Source: Hyphomicrobiales bacterium (GTDB taxonomy: Bacteria; Pseudomonadota; Alphaproteobacteria; Rhizobiales; Xanthobacteraceae). From it: a DNA stretch of 38,459 bases. The stretch lies in assembly GCA_003164375.1 (NCBI GenBank), contig PLTE01000108.1:1-38459 (forward strand), given 5' to 3'. Numbering within the stretch: position 1 is the first letter of the stretch; each line of letters begins with the position of its first letter. Under the pieces are notes generated by a model. The model ran no database searches, was not told the origin of the DNA, and saw only the letters and a program-made list of their open reading frames with translations. A program made the position numbers and the translations under genes. This document shows, piece after piece, positions 32,115-38,459 of the stretch.

Positions 32115-32164
32115 CTCTTGCTCCCCAAGAGGTCGGACGGCTCTTGCTCCCCAAGAGGTCGGAC
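32115..32164 (-). repeat. perfect 24-nt tandem duplication (period 26) forming the flgI leader; each copy is a hairpin with GGGAG in the loop
   Basis: 32115-32138 and 32141-32164 are identical (plus strand CTCTTGCTCCCCAAGAGGTCGGAC). In the mRNA sense each copy reads GTCCGAC-CUCUUG-GGGAG-CAAGAG. The proximal copy ends directly at the flgI ATG, so its loop is the SD sequence. Confidence 0.8.
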
Positions 32165-32175
32165 TGCGTTATGAA

Positions 32176-32191
32176 TGCCAATCGCGTGCCA
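32176..32191 (-). promoter_or_regulatory. sigma54-type promoter for flgI operon
   Basis: The minus strand reads TGGCACGcgatTGGCa. The GG-N10-GC spacing is correct, with one mismatch (TGGC for TTGC). The predicted transcription start is near 32165, at the beginning of the tandem hairpin leader. Confidence 0.55.
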
Positions 32192-32286
32192 GCCGGTCGC
32201 GCCAGTTAAGCAATTGAAATAAAATGATTATTTTTCGCGAGACGGAAGGGGATGCCGGATTGGGACGAGAATCCCTTGCCGGTTCG

Positions 32287-32302
32287 GGCAATTCTTGCCG
32301 GC
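32287..32302. promoter_or_regulatory. second copy of the GGCAATTCTTGCCGGC dyad element
   Basis: Identical 16-mer to 14811-14826. It lies about 100 nt upstream of the flgI sigma54 -24 element and about 45 nt upstream of the fliX ATG. Confidence 0.5.
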
Positions 32303-32318
32303 CGCTTTTTACCGCCCG

Positions 32319-32326
32319 TTAACCAT
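32319..32326. promoter_or_regulatory. CtrA half-site-type 8-mer TTAACCAT upstream of fliX
   Basis: Exact TTAACCAT 20 nt upstream of the fliX ATG. The position is very close to the start codon, so its role is uncertain. Confidence 0.3.
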
Positions 32327-32345
32327 GACGCGACACCTTATTAGT

Positions 32346-32756
32346 ATGCGTGTTTCTGGACCGACTCGGACGTCGCTCGCGACAGCGCCCAGCGTGGCGC
32401 GGTCTTCGCCAAGCGGCACCTTCTCGCTGGGCGGCGCTGACGCCCCACAGGCGCCGAGCGCGGCCGTGGCATTACGAACCGTGGGTGGAATCGACGCGCT
32501 GATTGCGCTGCAAGGCATCGAAGACCCGGTGGAACGCCGACGCCGCGTGGTCAAAAATGGCCGCCGGGCACTTGATGCCCTCGACGAACTTAAGCTCGGT
32601 CTGCTCGCGGGCACGCTCGACCAGAGCACGATGTTGCGGCTGAAATCGGTGGCCGCAGACCTGCACGATATGTCCGGCGACGACCGGCTCGATCAGGTCC
32701 TGGCCGAGATTGATCTGCGGGTGGCGGTTGAACTGGCCAAAGCCGGTATGTCCTGA
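32346..32756 (+). CDS. fliX: flagellar assembly regulator FliX
   Basis: The ATG at 32346 gives MRVSGPTRTS..., the typical FliX start. The C-terminus is LDQVLAEIDLRVAVELAK. The gene is divergent from flgI, as in Caulobacter. There is no obvious SD sequence. Confidence 0.8.
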   Translation: MRVSGPTRTSLATAPSVARSSPSGTFSLGGADAPQAPSAAVALRTVGGIDALIALQGIEDPVERRRRVVKNGRRALDALDELKLGLLAGTLDQSTMLRLKSVAADLHDMSGDDRLDQVLAEIDLRVAVELAKAGMS

Positions 32757-32971
32757 ATCGGGAAAATCCCTAAATTATTGAAGATTATGGGATCTTCTTG
32801 CCGTTCCGGCCGTGCGGAAAGCCCGGCGGCTGGGTCGAATGGCGCCACAAATGCTCCACTACGGCATCCGTCTGCTGCGGTATTCGGCTCCCGATGGTTG
32901 TTGTCACTGTCACAGACCTTGGATATAAGCCGCGGCGCGAGGGGGGCCTCGCGAGTGGAGGGCGGGAGTAC

Positions 32972-33466
32972 ATGCTCATGCAATTGTTGAAGGGCAAAAA
33001 CGGTCGAGTTGCCGAAAAGCCCCAAAAAAACGGCAAGGGCGCTGAAACAAACCTGCGGCAGACAGAAGGACAGTATCGTCCGACCGACAAAGAGCCGTTC
33101 ATGAACGAGCGCCAGCGCGAGTATTTCCGATTGAAGCTGCTCGATTGGCGCGAGGACATCCTCAAAGAGGCCAAGGAGACGCTCCAGCATCTCCAGGATG
33201 AGAGCCAAAATCATCCCGACCTCGCCGATCGGGCCTCGTCGGAGACCGATCGGGCGATCGAATTGCGCGCCCGGGATCGCCAGCGCAAGCTGATCGCCAA
33301 GATCGACGCCGCCTTGCAGCGTATCGAAGACGGCACTTACGGCTATTGCGAGGAGACCGGCGAGCCGATCACGCTCAAACGGCTCGAGGCCCGCCCGATC
33401 GCCACATTGTCGATCGAGGCCCAGGAGCGCCATGAACGGCGCGAGCGCGTCTACCGCGACGACTAA
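32972..33466 (+). CDS. dksA: RNA polymerase-binding transcription factor DksA
   Basis: YRPTDKEPFMNERQREYFRLKLLDWREDIL...DLADRASSETDRAIELRARDRQRKLIAKIDAALQRIEDGTYGYCEETGEPITLKRLEARPIATLSIEAQERHE. The ATG at 32972 follows GGAGGGCGGGAG. The track ORF starts far upstream. Confidence 0.9.
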   Translation: MLMQLLKGKNGRVAEKPQKNGKGAETNLRQTEGQYRPTDKEPFMNERQREYFRLKLLDWREDILKEAKETLQHLQDESQNHPDLADRASSETDRAIELRARDRQRKLIAKIDAALQRIEDGTYGYCEETGEPITLKRLEARPIATLSIEAQERHERRERVYRDD

Positions 33467-33500
33467 GCGCCGCCGGGTTTTCCGGTCTGCGATGAAACCC

Positions 33501-33520
33501 CCTCGTCGCACGGGACGAGG
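33501..33520 (+). terminator. hairpin downstream of dksA
   Basis: CCTCGTC-gcacgg-GACGAGG forms a 7-bp stem 35 nt after the dksA stop. There is no clear U-tract. Confidence 0.3.
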
Positions 33521-33597
33521 ACGGGCCTCTTAAGTCTTCATTTACCATCGGCGCTTACCGATCGTTAACGAACGGCCGGCGAGCGGGCCTGCCGGAT

Positions 33598-35247
33598 GTG
33601 GCATCCCGGCGTCATGCACCGATGAACGACCGCTTGCAGGTTTCGCAATCGAATATTTCGCGCCTATTGCGACGGGCGCTGCGCGCTCACGACGATGGCG
33701 ACTCGGCGAAGGCGGAGCGGCTCTATAACGCCGTCATCGCGCGGCATCCCGGCGACTTCGATGCGCTCCATGGTCTCGGCCGGCTTCATTATCAACGTGG
33801 GCGCTTCGACACCGCGCTCGTGCTCATTCAGTCGGCGCTGAAAATCGATCCCGATCGCGTCGACGGATTTTCGAGCCTCGGGTTGGTGTTTCATTTGCTG
33901 CGTCGGTTCAAGGACGCGCTCGCGAGCTATGATGCGGGATTGCGCCTTGCGCCGGACAATGCGGAGCTCCACAACCGGCGCGGGGTGGCGCTGCTCGAAC
34001 TGCGCCGTCCGCAGGAGGCGCTTGCCGACTTCGAAAGCGCGCTTGCCGTCGATCCCGATCACCGCGATGCGCTCGGCAATTACGGCAATGCCTTGCTCAA
34101 GCTCAATCGTCCCGCCGAGGCGCTTGTGGTCTACGATCGGGCGTTGGCGATGGTGCCCGATAACGCCCAGCTCTTGACCAACCGCGCCGTCGCCTTGCGC
34201 CGGCTCGATCGGCCGCACGAAGCGTTGATGAGCGCAAGCCGCGCGCTGGTCAGCCGGCCGGATTTTGCCCAGGCGCGGTTCGTCGAGAGCGTGGCGCGTC
34301 TGACGCTCGGCGACTTTGCCGCCGGCTGGCGCGGCTATGAAGCGCGTTGGTCGGTCGGGCTCCTGGCATCGCAGCGTCGCAACTTCGCTGAGCCACTGTG
34401 GCTTGGCCAAGAAACGCCTAAAATGTCACTCGCGGGGAAGACCATACTGTTGCACGCCGAACAGGGCTCCGGCGACACGATCCAATTCGTGCGCTATGCG
34501 CGGTTGGTGGCGGCGTGCGGAGCGAAAAAAGTTATTCTTGAAGTTCAGCGCGAACTGGCCCGTCTGCTGCCGGGTATCGCCGGCGTTGACGCAGTGATCG
34601 CGCGCGGTGCGCCATTGCCGCCGTTCGATTGTCATTGTCCGCTGCTCAGTCTGCCGCTCGCCTGCGCAACGGAGCAAGCAACGATCCCGGCGGACGTTCC
34701 CTATATCGCGCCGCCGCCGGAAGCGGAGATTCGCCGCTGGCGCGATCGCTTGCCGCGGCATCGGCCGCTGGTCGGCGTGGTCTGGTCGGGGGACCGTTCG
34801 CACGATAACGACCTTAATCGCTCGATCCGCATCGAGGCGCTGTTGCCGCTGCTCGATTTGCCCGAGTTCTGCTTTGTCAGTCTGCAGCATGCCGTGCGCG
34901 AAGAGGACATTCCAATTTTACAGAGCCGGCCGGACATCATTCGCATCGGCGAGGAGTTTTGCGATTTCGCCGATACGGCTGCGGCGCTCGCCGGGTTGGA
35001 CGCGGTGATCTCAGTCGATACCGCGGTCGCCCATTTGGCGGCGGCGATGGGCAAGCCGCTGTTTCTGCTGCTACCCTATGCTGCGGATTTCCGCTGGCTG
35101 CGCGAGCGGCACGATAGCCCCTGGTATCCGACTGCGCGGCTCTACCGACAGGCAGAATTCGGCGATTGGGATCGCGCGATCGGTGCGTTGTCGCAGGATC
35201 TGATGCGCGCAAGCTTCTTTGCCTGGGGCCGCCAGCGATCAGCGTGA
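33598..35247 (+). CDS. TPR-repeat + GT9-like glycosyltransferase, paralog 2
   Basis: Same architecture as 28286..30190. It carries TPR units, L.LGDF..GW..YE.RW, KTILLHAEQGSGDTIQFVRY, VGVVWSG and DTAVAHLAAAMGK...SPWYPTARLYRQ. The start is a GTG at 33598 or an ATG at 33622. Confidence 0.75.
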   Translation: MASRRHAPMNDRLQVSQSNISRLLRRALRAHDDGDSAKAERLYNAVIARHPGDFDALHGLGRLHYQRGRFDTALVLIQSALKIDPDRVDGFSSLGLVFHLLRRFKDALASYDAGLRLAPDNAELHNRRGVALLELRRPQEALADFESALAVDPDHRDALGNYGNALLKLNRPAEALVVYDRALAMVPDNAQLLTNRAVALRRLDRPHEALMSASRALVSRPDFAQARFVESVARLTLGDFAAGWRGYEARWSVGLLASQRRNFAEPLWLGQETPKMSLAGKTILLHAEQGSGDTIQFVRYARLVAACGAKKVILEVQRELARLLPGIAGVDAVIARGAPLPPFDCHCPLLSLPLACATEQATIPADVPYIAPPPEAEIRRWRDRLPRHRPLVGVVWSGDRSHDNDLNRSIRIEALLPLLDLPEFCFVSLQHAVREEDIPILQSRPDIIRIGEEFCDFADTAAALAGLDAVISVDTAVAHLAAAMGKPLFLLLPYAADFRWLRERHDSPWYPTARLYRQAEFGDWDRAIGALSQDLMRASFFAWGRQRSA

Positions 35248-35255
35248 TAACGATT

Positions 35256-35287
35256 GCGGCCTCCGGCGGGGAGCTGCCGGAGGCCGC
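35256..35287. terminator. strong hairpin between convergent TPR-GT 2 and flgH (probable bidirectional terminator)
   Basis: GCGGCCTCCGGC-ggggagct-GCCGGAGGCCGC forms a perfect 12-bp stem starting 9 nt after the TPR-GT 2 stop. The flanking T-runs are weak. Confidence 0.6.
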
Positions 35288-35427
35288 GTCGTTTCGGGAT
35301 CTGCGTTACACTGACGCAACTGAGTGACACAACGCGGATCCCGGGGAGCCCGAAATCGGTATTCCGTAATCAGAGCGATGCTTCGAATTGTTTTTCTTGA
35401 TGGCTGATAAGCGACACTTGTTCCTGA

Positions 35428-36177
35428 TCAGAACGGCAACAGAACATCGAGCGCCTGCTGGCCCCAGGGTGGTTGCTGAATGTTGGAGAGAGTGCCTTTG
35501 CCGCCGTAAGCGACACGGGCCTCGGCGATCTTGGGCAAATCGATCGTGTTGTCGCTTTCGATGTCCTCCGGACGAACCACGCCGGCAACCAGAAGCTCGC
35601 GCATTTCCGAGTTAAGCCGGATTTCCTGCTTGCCTTCGATCACCATATTTCCGTTCGGCAGCGTTTGCGTTACCACCGCGGCGACATTGGTGACCAATTG
35701 ATCGGTTCGGTTGATCGAGCCGTTGGCGTTGCTCTGCGAATTGGTATCTGCGGTTATGATGCTGCCCGGCAATACGGCCTTGGCCGGATTGGCGATGGTG
35801 TTGGCACCGAGGAAATTGGTTATGCCGGAATCTTCGGTGGAGGTGCGGGTGACCTGGGTCTGATCCTGGAACTGCGCGGTGTCGTTGATGTTGACCTTGA
35901 CGGTTAAAATGTCTCCGATCTGATGCGCGCGCTGATCTTTGAAGAAGGCGCGCGAGCCGTTGCGCCACAGCGAATTGGGATTGTAGGTGACCGGCTGCGG
36001 CGTCGGCATCGGCATCTGCACCGGCTTGTAGCCGGGCTTGGTGGTTGGGTTATCCAACGGCGACAGCGGCGGCTGTTCGCCGATCAGTTTCAGCTTGTCG
36101 ATTGAAGAGCAGCCAGTGGCGAGCATGGCGACCGTCGATAGCAAGGCGCAACGCAGCAGCAATACACGTTTCGACAT
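35428..36177 (-). CDS. flgH: flagellar L-ring lipoprotein FlgH
   Basis: ATG at 36177 after GAAAGG. The lipobox is MSKRVLLLRCALLSTVAMLATGC. Also GDILTVKVNINDTA and GNMVIEGKQEIRLNSEMRELLVAGVVRPEDI. Confidence 0.9.
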   Translation of the reverse strand: MSKRVLLLRCALLSTVAMLATGCSSIDKLKLIGEQPPLSPLDNPTTKPGYKPVQMPMPTPQPVTYNPNSLWRNGSRAFFKDQRAHQIGDILTVKVNINDTAQFQDQTQVTRTSTEDSGITNFLGANTIANPAKAVLPGSIITADTNSQSNANGSINRTDQLVTNVAAVVTQTLPNGNMVIEGKQEIRLNSEMRELLVAGVVRPEDIESDNTIDLPKIAEARVAYGGKGTLSNIQQPPWGQQALDVLLPF

Positions 36178-36201
36178 GGCACTACCTTTCACTCGCACAA
36201 C

Positions 36202-37185
36202 TTACTCGGCGTTGCCCGCCGCATTATCGACGACGCGCGTGACGATCGGGCCGACCGTCACGCGGTCCGGCCCGGAAATCACGGCCTGCACCACGCGTTT
36301 GGATTCGAGGTTGAGCACGCCGATGGTGTCGCCAAGGGCGCCGGCGTCCTGCGCTTGTCCGCGCAGCGTCAACGTCACGCCCGGCGCCTGGTAAACGATG
36401 GTGACGGTGTCGCTGCGCTGGACGACTTCGGGTTTCATCAGATCGCCGGAACTGAGCGGCTGGCCGGGATGCAGCGGATGCCGCGCCGCAAGCCCGACCG
36501 CCGCGTTGAGATCGGTCAAGACGCCGGCATCCGTCTTCGGCCGGCGCAGCACGGTGAGATCGGACGCTTTGAGAACCTGGCCGTGCTCGACCGGATGGTC
36601 GACCGCGACGGCATCGATCGTCCCGATCGCGGTGCCGCTATAGTGGGCCGACTGTCGGCGCAGCTCCACGCTCGACGACAGGCCGAGCGTCACGTCGAAC
36701 CGCGTGGTGCGCGGGTCGTAGGACAGCGCCAGCACCTGCAGCTCGCCGGTCACGTTCGGTTCGACTTGCAGGGTGCGCACGTCGCGATCGAAGTTGACCA
36801 GGATATTATGCGCGTCGCCGAAGCCGTATTGTCCGGCCAGCGCCTGGCCTATGCTTGCGGATATCTCCGGCACGCTGATCGCACGGCTGGCGCGGGTGAC
36901 GATCACCTCGGAGAGCCCGCGCGTGTCGATGCCGATGAGCTGATGCGACCGGATCGCGTCGACGATGCGATCGGTCGCGACTGCGCCGGTGGTGCCGAGA
37001 TCGGGCGCGCGGAAGATCGGTACATCGGCCACCGGGCCGGCATTCTCGACGAGGTCGCCGATGTGCACGACCTCGCTGGTCACAGTGACGCTCGCCTTCA
37101 GGGCAGGAGCGGGCGCCGGGGTTTGCGCGGTCGCGGCGCCGCCGAACAGAAGCAGTGCAGCCAGGATGAGCAACGGACGGGTCAT
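36202..37185 (-). CDS. flgA: flagellar basal-body P-ring formation chaperone FlgA
   Basis: Signal peptide MTRPLLILAALLLFGGAATAQT. SAF-like segments are present (GQVLKASDL, GQPLSSGDL). The gene lies between flgG and flgH. Confidence 0.8.
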   Translation of the reverse strand: MTRPLLILAALLLFGGAATAQTPAPAPALKASVTVTSEVVHIGDLVENAGPVADVPIFRAPDLGTTGAVATDRIVDAIRSHQLIGIDTRGLSEVIVTRASRAISVPEISASIGQALAGQYGFGDAHNILVNFDRDVRTLQVEPNVTGELQVLALSYDPRTTRFDVTLGLSSSVELRRQSAHYSGTAIGTIDAVAVDHPVEHGQVLKASDLTVLRRPKTDAGVLTDLNAAVGLAARHPLHPGQPLSSGDLMKPEVVQRSDTVTIVYQAPGVTLTLRGQAQDAGALGDTIGVLNLESKRVVQAVISGPDRVTVGPIVTRVVDNAAGNAE

Positions 37186-37199
37186 GGATCAGACCTTTC

Positions 37200-37988
37200 T
37201 CATTTCATCAGTTGCGAGGTGGTCTGCAGCATTTCGTCGGCCGCGGTGATGACCTTCGAATTCATCTCGTAGGCGCGTTGCGCCGCGATCAGATTGGAGA
37301 TTTCGCTCACCGCCTCCACGTTGGATTGTTCGAGATAGCCCTGCTGCAACGTGCCGGCGCCATCGGTTCCCGCCAATGTGTCCGTCGGCGTGCCTGACGC
37401 AGGCGTCGCCGTGAACAAATTGTCGCCGTTCGCCTGCAGGCCGGCATTGTTGGAAAAGCGCGTGATGGTGAACTGGCCGAGGATGGTCGAGGTCGTGGAG
37501 CCGGGCAACGTCACCGAGACCTGGCCCTGGTTGTTGATGGTCAGACCGCTCGCATTCGTTGGGATGGTAATGGTCGGCTGGGCGACGTAGCCCTCGGCGG
37601 TCACGATACGGCCGGTGGCGTCCTGCTGGAAAGAGCCGTCGCGGGTATAGCTATAAGTTCCGTCGGGCATCTGGATTTTGAACCAGCCGTCGCCTTGGAT
37701 GGCGACGTCGAGCGTATTGCCGGTTTGCTGGAGCGAGCCTTGCGTCATCAGCCGCGGCGTGCCGACGGTTTTGACGCCGGAGCCGAGCTCGATGCCGACG
37801 GGGAGGATATTGCCCTGTTCGGAGGCCTGCGCACCGATGCGCTGCACGTGCTCATAGAGCAGATCTTGAAATTCGGCGCGTTGGCTCTTGAAGCCGGTGG
37901 TCGTCATATTGGCGATGTTGCCGGCGATGACCTGGACCTGGAGGTCCATGGCCGCCATGCCGGTTGCGGCTGTATCGAGCGCACGCAT
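37200..37988 (-). CDS. flgG: flagellar distal rod protein FlgG
   Basis: MRALDTAATGMAAMDLQVQVIAGNIANMTTTGFK...GYLEQSNVEAVSEISNLIAAQRAYEMNSKVITAADEML; 262 aa. Confidence 0.95.
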   Translation of the reverse strand: MRALDTAATGMAAMDLQVQVIAGNIANMTTTGFKSQRAEFQDLLYEHVQRIGAQASEQGNILPVGIELGSGVKTVGTPRLMTQGSLQQTGNTLDVAIQGDGWFKIQMPDGTYSYTRDGSFQQDATGRIVTAEGYVAQPTITIPTNASGLTINNQGQVSVTLPGSTTSTILGQFTITRFSNNAGLQANGDNLFTATPASGTPTDTLAGTDGAGTLQQGYLEQSNVEAVSEISNLIAAQRAYEMNSKVITAADEMLQTTSQLMK

Positions 37989-38013
37989 TCGACGGTCTCC
38001 TCGACTTTAAGCC

Positions 38014-38459
38014 TTACGAACTGGTCGGCGTCTGCGACAGCTGCGACAGCGCGTTGCGGCGCTGGTCGCTTTGTTGCTGCAGGATGTTGGCGATATCGGT
38101 GTAGCTGCGGGTGAGCTGGATCATGCGCGCCATTTCGGCGACGCCGTTGACGTTCGACTTCTCGATTGCGCCCTGCACAACGCCGGTGCCGGCCGGCGCC
38201 GGATTGGCGTTGACGCCTTCAGGCGCCATGAATGTGGAGCCGCCGTCTTTTTGCAGACGCTGCGGTTGATCGAAGGTGACCAGTTGCAGCGTGCCGCGGG
38301 GCGTGTCGACCGTGCTGTTGCCCTGGCGTACGGAGATGTTGCCGTTCGCGCTGATGACGATGTCGTGGTCGCCGGGCTGCAACGTGATCGCGCCGGCGGT
38401 GCCGGTCACCTGATCGCCTGCGTCGGTGACAAGCTGGCCGCTTGCGCTGATCGAGAGCG
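38014..38459 (-). CDS. flgF: flagellar proximal rod protein FlgF, C-terminal part; continues past the window end
   Basis: The C-terminus is VVQGAIEKSNVNGVAEMARMIQLTRSYTDIANIL. The frame stays open to the window edge, so the M at 38409 in the track is internal. The gene lies directly upstream of flgG. Confidence 0.85.
   Translation of the reverse strand, partial: LSISASGQLVTDAGDQVTGTAGAITLQPGDHDIVISANGNISVRQGNSTVDTPRGTLQLVTFDQPQRLQKDGGSTFMAPEGVNANPAPAGTGVVQGAIEKSNVNGVAEMARMIQLTRSYTDIANILQQQSDQRRNALSQLSQTPTSS

Noticed and set aside
32206-32220. TTAA-gcaattg-AAAT as a full CtrA box in the flgI/fliX region
   Set aside because: The second half-site does not match TTAA. Only the shared 10-mer is reported, as a low-interest observation.
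32693-33511. 272-aa minus-strand ORF over dksA. Similar cases are 33664..34410(-), 36355..37272(+), 21042..21770(+), 9616..10338(+) and 27293..27670(+).
   Set aside because: Each is antisense to a gene with strong family motifs (dksA, TPR-GT 2, flgA, the CmcI/GT-A genes, the histidine kinase, the orphan protein). None shows a recognisable domain.
1-38459. Search for tRNA/rRNA genes, CRISPR arrays, IS elements, integrases, toxin-antitoxin or known defence genes
   Set aside because: I found no cloverleaf-like or rRNA-like segments, no regularly spaced direct repeats, no transposase or integrase-like ORFs, and no terminal inverted repeats. The accessory-looking content is confined to the flagellar modification genes.

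Overview
This is a GC-rich alphaproteobacterial chromosomal segment, probably Hyphomicrobiales, with a Bradyrhizobium/Rhodopseudomonas-type large flagellin. Positions 1-14.7 kb hold ordinary genes. These are methylmalonyl-CoA mutase (large subunit fragment plus small subunit), folK-folB-folP, an M20 peptidase, a secreted MBL-fold hydrolase, a NarL-type two-component pair, a SixA-like phosphatase, an FAD oxidoreductase, a MipA/OmpV porin-like protein and a MoxR ATPase. Positions 14.9-38.5 kb are a flagellar supercluster. Its core genes are flgE-flgK-flgL, a monocistronic 612-aa flagellin, an flbT-flaF reading frame with no stop codon between the two domains, flgI-flgJ-like-flbY/flgN-like, fliX, dksA, and flgF(partial)-flgG-flgA-flgH. 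Between these lie non-core genes that together look like an uncharacterised flagellar surface-modification system. They comprise two paralogous TPR + GT9-like glycosyltransferases, a GT-A-like glycosyltransferase, a CmcI-family methyltransferase, an AsnB-type amidotransferase and an orphan Ser-rich protein. An ~80-aa Thr/Gly-rich module recurs in the hook protein (2 copies), the flagellin (3 copies) and the orphan protein (1 copy). Regulatory signals read directly from the sequence: (1) a consensus sigma54 promoter before flgE and a near-consensus one before flgI; (2) an identical 16-nt dyad element about 100 nt upstream of each; (3) CtrA-type TTAA boxes in several flagellar intergenic regions; (4) a tandemly duplicated hairpin leader before flgI; (5) clean intrinsic terminators. 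I found no rRNA, tRNA, CRISPR array, transposase or integrase. Most long extra ORFs in the track are antisense shadow ORFs typical of high-GC DNA. All functional calls rest on motif and family recognition by eye, since no database search was possible.
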